Positions 1-7,340 of a stretch of DNA of 9,919 nt are shown here, piece by piece. Source of the DNA: Candidatus Hermodarchaeota archaeon. GTDB lineage: Archaea; Asgardarchaeota; Heimdallarchaeia; Hodarchaeales; Hodarchaeaceae. The notes below the pieces were generated by a model. That model was not told where the DNA came from. It saw only the letters and a program-made list of their open reading frames with translations, and ran no database searches. Numbering within the stretch: position 1 is the stretch's first letter; each line of letters opens with the position of its first letter. The DNA lies in the NCBI GenBank assembly GCA_048886185.1, contig JBHLKY010000013.1:114787-124705 (forward strand), read 5' to 3'. Made by a program: the position numbers and the translations under genes.

Positions 1-396
1 TAAATCATGTATTACAGGGAAGAGGTTTGCAGGAGTTAAAGCAATACAACCAAATAGTGCAGCATTCAATATACCTAAAATAGAGATGATCTTAATCTCT
101 TTTAGATTATTATCAAGAATCCCAGGAATGGCAATGAAATAAGCTGCAAAAGCAAAACTTGAGAACATTAATGTAATGAAGAATAAAATAGCTGAAACAG
201 TATTAGGGTTACCAAATGATTGTGTTCTTCCAAGATCCGAAAAATAATTTAAGAAAAAGGTGTACCCTGTAGTATTCGAATTGATAAGTGTCCCTCCTCC
301 ATAGGTCCACATTGCTAGTGTTGAAAGAAATATGAATTGAACACTTCCCAAGATTGTAAAAAGAAAAGCCCCTTGTCTCCAAGTTATTTTAGTCAC
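1..396 (-). CDS. DUF998-like multi-pass membrane protein, 3' end beyond the left edge (not in the ORF track)
   Basis: Manual translation from GTG at 396 is open to base 1: MTKITWRQGAFLFTILGSVQFIFLSTLAMWTYGGGTLINSNTTGYTFFLNYFSDLGRTQSFGNPNTVSAILFFITLMFSSFAFAAYFIAIPG...TPANLFPVIHDL. It has several hydrophobic helices and a GY-x-F-x2-NYFSDLG motif typical of DUF998-like proteins. A GGTGA RBS lies 6 nt upstream. Confidence 0.8.
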   Translation of the reverse strand, partial: MTKITWRQGAFLFTILGSVQFIFLSTLAMWTYGGGTLINSNTTGYTFFLNYFSDLGRTQSFGNPNTVSAILFFITLMFSSFAFAAYFIAIPGILDNNLKEIKIISILGILNAALFGCIALTPANLFPVIHDL

Positions 397-402
397 TCTT
401 AT

Positions 403-407
403 TCACC
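403..407 (-). promoter_or_regulatory. Archaeal-type ribosome-binding site GGTGA
   Basis: tcacc at 403-407 reads GGTGA on the minus strand, 6 nt before GTG at 396. Confidence 0.7.
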
Positions 408-671
408 AAAAGTCATTTAACAAATTTTGCTAATTGATTATGCCAGCAAAAACCTACATCTTTCCCTTTCATTTTTAAGCGAAGATTCCAGAAAGATTTC
501 TTGATGTGAATTTGTTTATAGGAGATTTGATTACTCAAACAAGCCACACGTAATTAGAAAACAAATAGACATTAATAAGTATTCTGATGAATAATTGATT
601 AGAAGCTGTACTAGAGTTTTATAAAGATAAAAATTATTGTATATTCAATTTTTAAAAGAATAATCTGTTAA

Positions 672-824
672 ATGACCGATATAGATGATTTAAAGTCAAT
701 AACACAACTAATAGTTCGAGGATAGTAAAACACCGCCCTTTCAGAAATAGAAGATTTGGAAAGCAAAATTAAACTGGAGAATTGGTTGAAGAATGAGAAA
801 AAGAAGAATAAAGCTCTTAATTGA
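672..824 (+). pseudogene. Possible decayed gene fragment
   Basis: ATG at 672 gives MTDIDDLKSITQLIVRG, then tandem TAG TAA (723-728), then NTALSEIEDLESKIKLENWLKNEKKKNKALN and TGA at 822-824. It looks helical and protein-like on both sides of the stops. No homology evidence. Confidence 0.25.
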
Positions 825-888
825 AGTAGTATTATGCTAAATTAAATAGTATAAATTTCTTCCATTGTATTTGCTAAGTGATATTAAA

Positions 889-1599
889 ATGGACGAAAAA
901 GAATCAACAAAGAATATTCATGAAATGATAAAAAATTCTACAGAAAAAATATTCAAAGAATGGGAATCACTAGATAGAATAGAGGAACCCAGCCAAGAAA
1001 CCTTGGAATTTTCGAAGAATATCGAAAAATTAGTTAAAGAAGAAGTTGGAATCGGAGAAGACGAGATCAAGGTAAAAAAATCTATTCAACAGATGATTCG
1101 AAGAAGAAAAGATATTGGGGAAATTATCTATGGAAATAACGTAATTAAGAGAATTGAGATTATCGATGAATATAAAGGCTATGTTAGACCTTTAAGGTCA
1201 GTTGCTTATTATCAATTATTGCCCATTATGGATGCCAGAACACCAATAGCTAGAGTACTTGAGTGGAACGTTAGTCATCATCCTTGTTGGGTTATTTGGT
1301 TTACTAGTCCAGTAGCAAAAGGGATCCAAACCAGGACAGAAGGTGAATATTTGGTGGTCCACAGTTTGAATGAAAAGGAATCTGAAGATTATGATTTACT
1401 CTTAAAATTTAGTAAATATCCATGTTTTGGGAGAAGTGATGGCATTGATATCCTCCTTGGATACACGGAAATTGATAATGCCGTTGAATTTGTCGAAAAA
1501 TTCATACATACAATTCTGGTGCGAAATTTGTATGGAGATTCTGATTTTCTACGATTTCTGCAAAATTACAGACAGACTGTATTGAAAATTATGAGCTAA
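889..1599 (+). CDS. Hypothetical soluble protein (~236 aa)
   Basis: Long ORF. ATG at 889, with AGTGA at 877-881, is preferred over the track's TTG at 865. Charged helical N-terminus, alpha/beta-like C-terminus, no recognised motif. Confidence 0.8.
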   Translation: MDEKESTKNIHEMIKNSTEKIFKEWESLDRIEEPSQETLEFSKNIEKLVKEEVGIGEDEIKVKKSIQQMIRRRKDIGEIIYGNNVIKRIEIIDEYKGYVRPLRSVAYYQLLPIMDARTPIARVLEWNVSHHPCWVIWFTSPVAKGIQTRTEGEYLVVHSLNEKESEDYDLLLKFSKYPCFGRSDGIDILLGYTEIDNAVEFVEKFIHTILVRNLYGDSDFLRFLQNYRQTVLKIMS

Positions 1600-1793
1600 A
1601 GAAGAATATTTCTATTAAAATGTTCATGATTAAGCCAACCTCTTTATTTTTTTTATGATAACACAGTAAATATTTTCCTCTTGTCTTTCTGCCACTACAA
1701 AAAAGCTTTTATTCTGCTTCTCCTATTAATTAAACGTCATTACAGAGGAAATTCTATCTTGAATAAACTTGGGAATATCTAAAAGCATTTGTT

Positions 1794-2456
1794 GTGGAAA
1801 AATTGCTCAAAAACCAAAAAATACTTTGGCCAAAAGACGAACTTGTGTCGTTTAAAAACAGATGGCGAGCTGTAACCATTCCAGTCAATATCAAGATTGA
1901 TTTCCAGCAGTCCGCTCTACATTTAGATCATGTGAAGGATATAATTCACTCTGCTAAAAAACATGCAGTAATGAATTGTTTTTGTAGAATGAATCTTCAA
2001 AATTGTAATTTTCAGTTGGAAGTATGTCTTTCACTTGATGTTTACGCAACAAAGCTTGTAAAAGATGGTAAAGCGAAATTCATTTCTGTAGCTGAAGCAG
2101 AAAAGATAGTTTTGGAGACACATGAAAAAGGACTTGTTCACTTTGCCTTACATCGACCAGGGGAACCTGAACAGAACATTCAAATAATATGTAGTTGCTG
2201 TTCCTGTTGTTGTCATGCCTTTCAAGGGCTTCTCCTAATGAATATGAAAGGTTTAGTAAAACCAAGTAAGTATATTTCAACTCACGATCAAGAAAAATGC
2301 ATAGGTTGCGGAGAATGTAGTTCTTTATGTCATTTTGAAGCTAGAACTCTAGATCAGGGAGGGATTTTGGCTTATAATGTGTTAAAATGCTTTGGTTGTG
2401 GCCTCTGTATCACTCAATGCCCACAAGATGCAATAAAAATGATAAGACGTCATTAA
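1794..2456 (+). CDS. Cys-rich 4Fe-4S binding protein with a C-terminal 2x[4Fe-4S] ferredoxin domain
   Basis: Ferredoxin motifs CIGCGECSSLC and CFGCGLCITQCP, plus N-terminal CFCR-x5-C-x6-C and ICSCCSCCCH clusters (18 Cys in total). The GTG start is uncertain because there is no clear RBS. Confidence 0.88.
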   Translation: MEKLLKNQKILWPKDELVSFKNRWRAVTIPVNIKIDFQQSALHLDHVKDIIHSAKKHAVMNCFCRMNLQNCNFQLEVCLSLDVYATKLVKDGKAKFISVAEAEKIVLETHEKGLVHFALHRPGEPEQNIQIICSCCSCCCHAFQGLLLMNMKGLVKPSKYISTHDQEKCIGCGECSSLCHFEARTLDQGGILAYNVLKCFGCGLCITQCPQDAIKMIRRH

Positions 2457-2484
2457 TAAAGTTTTGATACAAAAGGGAAGTAAA

Positions 2485-3057
2485 ATGACTAAGGAAAAGA
2501 TTATTGTTGTTAAAGGTAGCCCGAGAAGAAAGGGAAACAGTTGTTTATTAGCTGAATCTTTGATTAAAGGGGCGAGAGACAATGGTGCTAATGTAGAGGA
2601 ATTTTTCCTCCACGATATGGACATAAAACCTTGTAACGCCTGTAATGTTTGTATAAAAAAGCCTGAAAAGGGCTGTATTATTGATGATGATATGCAAGAA
2701 ATTTATACGTCTCTTTATACCGCAGATTCAATTGTAATCGCAAGTCCAGTATACTGGTTTAATATGAGTGCCCAAACTAAGTTATTTATTGACCGATTGT
2801 ATGGTTTAGTAGAGCCAAAAAAGCATTCTTTGAAGGGAAAAAGAATAGGAATAATTCTAACTTATGGAGATACAAATGAGGTTTCTTCGGGTGCAATAAA
2901 TGCGATAAATTCATTTAAAGATACCTTTAGGTATATTGGTTGTGAAATCACAGGCATCATCCAAGGAAGCGCGATGGACGTAGGCCAAATAAAACAGAAT
3001 CAAAAGGTGATGGATGAAGCGTATAAATTGGGTCAAACATTAAGCTTTAAGAAATAA
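2485..3057 (+). CDS. isf: Iron-sulfur flavoprotein (Isf-type flavodoxin / NADPH-dependent FMN reductase family)
   Basis: GSPRRKGNS FMN phosphate-binding loop, compact CNACNVC-x7-C Fe-S motif, and ASPVYWFNMSAQTKLFIDR. ATG at 2485, after GGGAAG, is preferred over TTG at 2464. Confidence 0.9.
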   Translation: MTKEKIIVVKGSPRRKGNSCLLAESLIKGARDNGANVEEFFLHDMDIKPCNACNVCIKKPEKGCIIDDDMQEIYTSLYTADSIVIASPVYWFNMSAQTKLFIDRLYGLVEPKKHSLKGKRIGIILTYGDTNEVSSGAINAINSFKDTFRYIGCEITGIIQGSAMDVGQIKQNQKVMDEAYKLGQTLSFKK

Positions 3058-3125
3058 CGCCAAAGAGATTATAAAAAAAGAATTAGTTACGTAGAATATT
3101 AAGACATATTGTAGTAAATATTTGA

Positions 3126-3440
3126 TTAATGATAGATGGCCTGGTCTTCAAATAAATAGGGAAATCCGCCCTTTTTCTTTATCCGCTCAAGTACCTTTCT
3201 TGACCAGATTAACACTGGATTTTTAGAACACGGTTGTTTGAATACTCTTTGAATTCTAAATATCGAATCAGTTTCTTGCTTTTCCGTCTTCCAGAAAGAT
3301 GCTAGGGCCTCAGTGAGATCCCAAGCTTCAGCAGCAGAAGATGCAGAAATAAACGCGCAATTATCCATTTTTTTGTTATCAAAGATAAGTGTATATTTAG
3401 CGCAATAAATTTTCTCTCTCAATTCGTTTGTAGACATCAT
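3126..3440 (-). CDS. Hypothetical protein (~103-104 aa)
   Basis: ORF with AAGGA RBS (3449-3445) before tandem ATG ATG; spacing favours the ATG at 3437. It converges on isf. No recognised domain. Confidence 0.7.
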   Translation of the reverse strand: MMSTNELREKIYCAKYTLIFDNKKMDNCAFISASSAAEAWDLTEALASFWKTEKQETDSIFRIQRVFKQPCSKNPVLIWSRKVLERIKKKGGFPYLFEDQAIYH

Positions 3441-3704
3441 TCATTCCTTAAGAAATCTCTTCTCTAGTTTTTTTTAATACTAACATGATTCAACTAACAC
3501 ATGATAGGCGATTTGATTGTTTACCTAAAGTTTCATCTTATAAAATTGTGCACGAAAAAAAAAAATGGTTATTCAGTCAGTACTTGGGATTCACTTCTTC
3601 AATTTACCAAAAAGAGAATCTATGCATGTACTTAAATTTATTATCATTATTATCCAGAATAAATCTCTGTTGTTGAAGCCTCGTTAATATTCTGACATTT
3701 TTGA

Positions 3705-3723
3705 TAAGAAATGAGTATATAAA
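3705..3723 (+). promoter_or_regulatory. Candidate BRE/TATA promoter for the HD gene
   Basis: Purine-rich aagaaa followed by TATATAAA at 3716-3723, about 55 nt upstream of ATG 3777. A GGTGA RBS lies at 3767-3771. Confidence 0.4.
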
Positions 3724-3776
3724 TAAAACCTGCAATAAGAGATATAACTCCTCTAATCCTTTTATTGGTGATCTAC

Positions 3777-4460
3777 ATGTTCCTAAGAGTACTAACAAAG
3801 AAAGAACAACAAATTCTGTTGAGAATCCAAGAATTCGTAAGGAGGTGCCATGCCAGAAGCGACTCCCATGACTATTCCCATGTCTTTATGGTTACACGAA
3901 CAGCTATACAAATTGGTAAAAGTATAAGTGACCAAGTAGACCCTTTTATAGTTATTGCAGGCTCATTGCTTCACGACATTGGAAAAACAACTTCTAATTT
4001 TGCGGGGTTTCACGGATTGTTTGGAGGTAGCATTGCTGAGGAATTCTTAGAAGGATTGGAAATAGATGATAAAACAAGTAACAAGATCTGTCGTGTAGTG
4101 ATACGACATACACCTACATCGGGCATACCTCCTGAAACACCAGAGGAGAAAGTGGTTTATGATGCTGACACACTTGATCGGTTAGGATTAATGGGATTAT
4201 TACGAGGATTTATCGGGAAAGAAGGATCAATGCAGGATATCCTTGAAACCTATATGAATCGGCGCCAATTAGACTATGAAAAACTTAATTATGAATATTC
4301 ACGCGAATTAGGAATGATGGGAGCCCAAGAATTAGAGGGATTTTCTCATGTCATCCAAAAGCGCCTTGATGATCGGATGAGTTCAATTGAGGGCATTTTT
4401 GAGAAGGAAGGGCTTCTAGAGAAACATCAAACAGTAAAAACTAGAAAAAAGAGTAAGTAA
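3777..4460 (+). CDS. HD-domain metal-dependent phosphohydrolase
   Basis: SHDYSHV (first His), LLHDIGK (HD), IRH and YDADTLD (terminal Asp) motifs. ATG at 3777 follows GGTGA. Confidence 0.9.
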   Translation: MFLRVLTKKEQQILLRIQEFVRRCHARSDSHDYSHVFMVTRTAIQIGKSISDQVDPFIVIAGSLLHDIGKTTSNFAGFHGLFGGSIAEEFLEGLEIDDKTSNKICRVVIRHTPTSGIPPETPEEKVVYDADTLDRLGLMGLLRGFIGKEGSMQDILETYMNRRQLDYEKLNYEYSRELGMMGAQELEGFSHVIQKRLDDRMSSIEGIFEKEGLLEKHQTVKTRKKSK

Positions 4461-4486
4461 AAATAAATTTAACAAGAAAATATAAT

Positions 4487-4663
4487 ATGCCAAAGAATTT
4501 TACAAATACTTTAAAGAGAATGAAAATGACTGGAAAGATTGTAGATAGAAGAACCAAGGTTGCTCCCAATATTATAAGAGGGCTTGTCATCTTAATATTG
4601 CTTTATATTATCTTTTTTCTAACTCTAACAGTTTTAACAAAAGCAGGACTACTTAAAACTTAG
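4487..4663 (+). CDS. Small single-pass, tail-anchored-like membrane protein (58 aa, or 45-47 aa from ATG 4526/4520; not in the ORF track)
   Basis: MPKNFTNTLKRMKMTGKIVDRRTKVAPNIIRGLVILILLYIIFFLTLTVLTKAGLLKT*. Basic N-terminus, an 18-residue hydrophobic stretch and a short tail. It fills the gap between the HD gene and the convergent chlD-like gene. Confidence 0.6.
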   Translation: MPKNFTNTLKRMKMTGKIVDRRTKVAPNIIRGLVILILLYIIFFLTLTVLTKAGLLKT

Positions 4664-4703
4664 ATTAGTAATCACTCAATCAAAATGTGAATGATTCATC
4701 AAG

Positions 4704-7085
4704 TTAATGCCACACATTGGTTTCTGATAAAGGAATACCTTTCGCAATTTTTCTTTGATCTTCACTGATTCCTTTAAACATCTCCTCAACTAGCTCTTCT
4801 CCTACACTTATTCTACTAATTTGATGGTGGCTTCCATTTGTTGTAGAGGAGATAATTTTAGTTACAGCGAAACCATAAGTTTCCCTTCCAGCATAGTGAG
4901 GATTTGTATTCACTACTGTAGTGTGAATTCCCTCCTTTTTAATTAATTTTGAAACAGAGATAACATCTTTAACGGCTAAATCCTCAAATTGTCTTAGTGC
5001 TATACCTACATCTTTAAACTGACGGACTTCTCCAGTCTCTAGACTTCGGTAAAGTGGCACGTTCGCGTTACCATCAGTTACGATAACCATTACTGGTATT
5101 GTTGCTTTATCTCTACGTCTAGCCTCTCTTAAAACTTCGCGTGCTTTCAACATACCAGCTGCCAAAGGAGTAAAACCACTAATTTTCAATCCTAACAATT
5201 TATTTGCCACCACTCCAAGATTGGTAATGGGATGTTGAACTACGACAGCTCTGGTGTCTTTAAGGGCCACGATTCCTACTTTATCTCGGTATCGATAGGC
5301 ATCTCTGTGTAATTTCAATAAAGCTTCTTTACTAGCCTCAATACTGAACATCATAGATCCACTTAGATCAATGACGAAAACAAATGTTAAAGGGGCTTTA
5401 TAGATCCTAAATTTCTCTCGAACATCCAGTAGGGATATAGAAAGAGTTGTTTCAAGAGATGGTTCACGATATCTTTGTTTTTTCGCTGCAGCCCTGATAG
5501 TCGCTGGTAAATGGATATCCGCTGGTTTGCCTTTCGGAATTTTCCAGCCCCATGGGCGACCTCGATGAAGAGTCGTTAATGTCTCCGCTCGTTTTCCTGG
5601 TAGACTACTAACTCCTCTAATAGATGATTTTTTAATATCAGGAGGTTTGAACGGTGATAAAATACTGTCTTTAATCTTTGAAAGTAACGTGTTACCTTTA
5701 GTCATTTCTGAGGATTTTAGTGCCAAACTAGTTGTAGGAATTCCCTTTAAATCACCTTTATCATGCTTTTCGGAAGTTTCACCTCTTATGCTGTCAGATC
5801 CCTTTGTATAACCATCAAGTAGGGGAGCATCACTAGGGCTTTTCTTCATTTTTTTCCCAAGGGCAAAACTTGGACTAATTCTACTAAAAAACTGAAAAAT
5901 CCTGGCTCGTGCCTTACTTACTTTTTTCTCTACTATTTTCTCTTCTTTATCAGTTGCATCTTCTGTAGCCCAAATTACAGTTCTACCTTTTGGTTTATTT
6001 CGCTTTTTTTTTTTATCTGTCTCTGATGATTCGATCTTTTCTACGTATTTTACTTCTTTTATTTTTGCTTTGAGTACCTCTGAGATTTCCTGTGGAGTGG
6101 CAGGATCTAAAAATCCTCCCTCTCTCGTTCTGTGACTCAACGTAAGCTCGGAAGCGATTAGAATATCGTTCGGAGTAACTATTGTTCTATTTTCGAATGC
6201 AGCTAATGTACAGGCAGTTTTACTGATTACTATGTCTGGTCTCATTCCGTCGACTTTAAGATCTAGACAGGTTCGACATATTGATTCTAGAAGTTTTTCT
6301 GGCATTTCCACGTTAGGTAGAATCTCTCTCGCCTGAACAATACGTTTTTTTAGCTCTTCCTGACTTCTTGTAATTTTTTCGATAAAACTCTGGGGATTAG
6401 CCTCAAACTCCAGACTTCTTCTAACTACTTCCATTCGATCTTCAACTGTCAGAATTCTTTCAACACTCACTGATAATGAAAAGCGATCTAAGAGTTGTGG
6501 GCGTAGTTGTCCCTCCTCTGGGTTCATTGTACCAATAAAAACAAACCTAGATGGATGACGAACTGATATTCCTTCCCTTTCAACTACATTCCATCCTGTT
6601 GCAGCAGCATCTAATAAGTCATCAGCGACATGATCAGGTAGTAGATTGACTTCATCTACATATAAAATATTCTGATTGGCCTCTGCAAGAATCCCTGGTT
6701 CTAGAGCACCTATTCCATGTTTGATTGCTTTTTCAACATTTAAACTACCAACGACACGATCCTCTGTCGCTCCGAGGGGAAGATCCACAACAACCATTTC
6801 CCGTTCTTCTGTTTTAAGTTGTCCATTTTGGTATTGTTCAATACACTTTTCACACATATTGGTGAGGTCATGTGGATTACAATTAAAAGAGCATCCTTTC
6901 ACAATTTCCAGCTTTGGGAGAATATCCGTTAATCCTCTTGCAACAGTTGTTTTTCCAGAGCCTTTAGGCCCTTGGATTAGAACTCCTCCTATTTTGGGAT
7001 TAATAGCATTAACTAGGATAGCTAATTTTAGCTCATCCATTGCTACGATAGCCGCGAATGGAAAAGAAACTCTTTTTTTTAGCAT
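4704..7085 (-). CDS. chlD: ChlI/ChlD-family chelatase subunit: N-terminal AAA+ ATPase, linker, C-terminal vWA domain
   Basis: FPFAAIV...[14 protein letters not shown] (Walker A), [23 protein letters not shown] (Walker B), [13 protein letters not shown] (Arg finger), HR at the end of the ChlI-like domain. vWA MIDAS motifs [13 protein letters not shown] and VTDG. AGGGA RBS at 7098-7094. Confidence 0.92.
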   Translation of the reverse strand: MLKKRVSFPFAAIVAMDELKLAILVNAINPKIGGVLIQGPKGSGKTTVARGLTDILPKLEIVKGCSFNCNPHDLTNMCEKCIEQYQNGQLKTEEREMVVVDLPLGATEDRVVGSLNVEKAIKHGIGALEPGILAEANQNILYVDEVNLLPDHVADDLLDAAATGWNVVEREGISVRHPSRFVFIGTMNPEEGQLRPQLLDRFSLSVSVERILTVEDRMEVVRRSLEFEANPQSFIEKITRSQEELKKRIVQAREILPNVEMPEKLLESICRTCLDLKVDGMRPDIVISKTACTLAAFENRTIVTPNDILIASELTLSHRTREGGFLDPATPQEISEVLKAKIKEVKYVEKIESSETDKKKKRNKPKGRTVIWATEDATDKEEKIVEKKVSKARARIFQFFSRISPSFALGKKMKKSPSDAPLLDGYTKGSDSIRGETSEKHDKGDLKGIPTTSLALKSSEMTKGNTLLSKIKDSILSPFKPPDIKKSSIRGVSSLPGKRAETLTTLHRGRPWGWKIPKGKPADIHLPATIRAAAKKQRYREPSLETTLSISLLDVREKFRIYKAPLTFVFVIDLSGSMMFSIEASKEALLKLHRDAYRYRDKVGIVALKDTRAVVVQHPITNLGVVANKLLGLKISGFTPLAAGMLKAREVLREARRRDKATIPVMVIVTDGNANVPLYRSLETGEVRQFKDVGIALRQFEDLAVKDVISVSKLIKKEGIHTTVVNTNPHYAGRETYGFAVTKIISSTTNGSHHQISRISVGEELVEEMFKGISEDQRKIAKGIPLSETNVWH
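6004..6014 (-). other. A11 homopolymer containing A_AAA_AAG, a candidate recoding site in chlD
   Basis: mRNA reads GAT AAA AAA AAA AAG CGA AAT (D357-K358-K361-R362). The -1 frame stops at TAA 5997-5995 and the +1 frame at TAA 5977-5975. Confidence 0.55.
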
Positions 7086-7340
7086 AGAATATTTCCCTGA
7101 AAAACACCCCCTTACAGTTCATTATTATTCCTTTTGTTATATGAAAGAAAAAGAAATCTTATTCTATTATTTTCAAATCCCCAAAATAAAATGCTAAAAG
7201 ATCATAAACATTGCCATATTAACTAGCCTTATTTGTGCAATTGGATATTTTCTAGTATTGATTTATGGGCCATCCAAATTCACGTTAATCCTTCAAGCAG
7301 TGAAAAAATCAAGCCAACCATCCCAAATGAGGATCACAAA

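Noticed and set aside
413-547. 44-aa minus-strand ORF (GTG start) ending just before the DUF998 RBS
   Set aside because: No RBS or motif, and short ORFs like this arise by chance.
1731-1793. In-frame codons upstream of the Fe-S gene (TSLQRKFYLE*TWEYLKAFV), suggesting a nonsense-broken longer N-terminus
   Set aside because: No start codon or RBS, and it is bounded by another TAA at 1731. Not distinguishable from chance.
2080-2280. 66-aa minus-strand ORF in the track
   Set aside because: Entirely antisense to the well-supported Fe-S gene, with no motif.
2382-2624. 80-aa minus-strand ORF in the track
   Set aside because: Antisense to the ferredoxin and isf genes. Its hydrophobicity is the expected shadow of Lys/Glu-rich codons.
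3485-3676. 63-aa plus-strand ORF
   Set aside because: No RBS, crosses the A11 tract, and its composition looks like intergenic DNA.
3604-3798. 64-aa minus-strand ORF
   Set aside because: Overlaps the HD gene's start, RBS and candidate promoter head-to-head, with no motif.
4670-4696. Imperfect inverted repeat AATCA-c-TCA...TGA-a-TGATT between convergent genes
   Set aside because: Only 8 mostly A-T pairs with a mismatch, too weak to call a terminator.
6676-7197. 173-aa plus-strand ORF
   Set aside because: Antisense shadow of the conserved AAA+ region of chlD.
7191-7340. Hydrophobic stretch IINIAILTSLICAIGYFLVLIYG upstream of eis
   Set aside because: Needs a frameshift after ATG 7191 to have a start, and it overlaps the beginning of eis. 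Unsupported.
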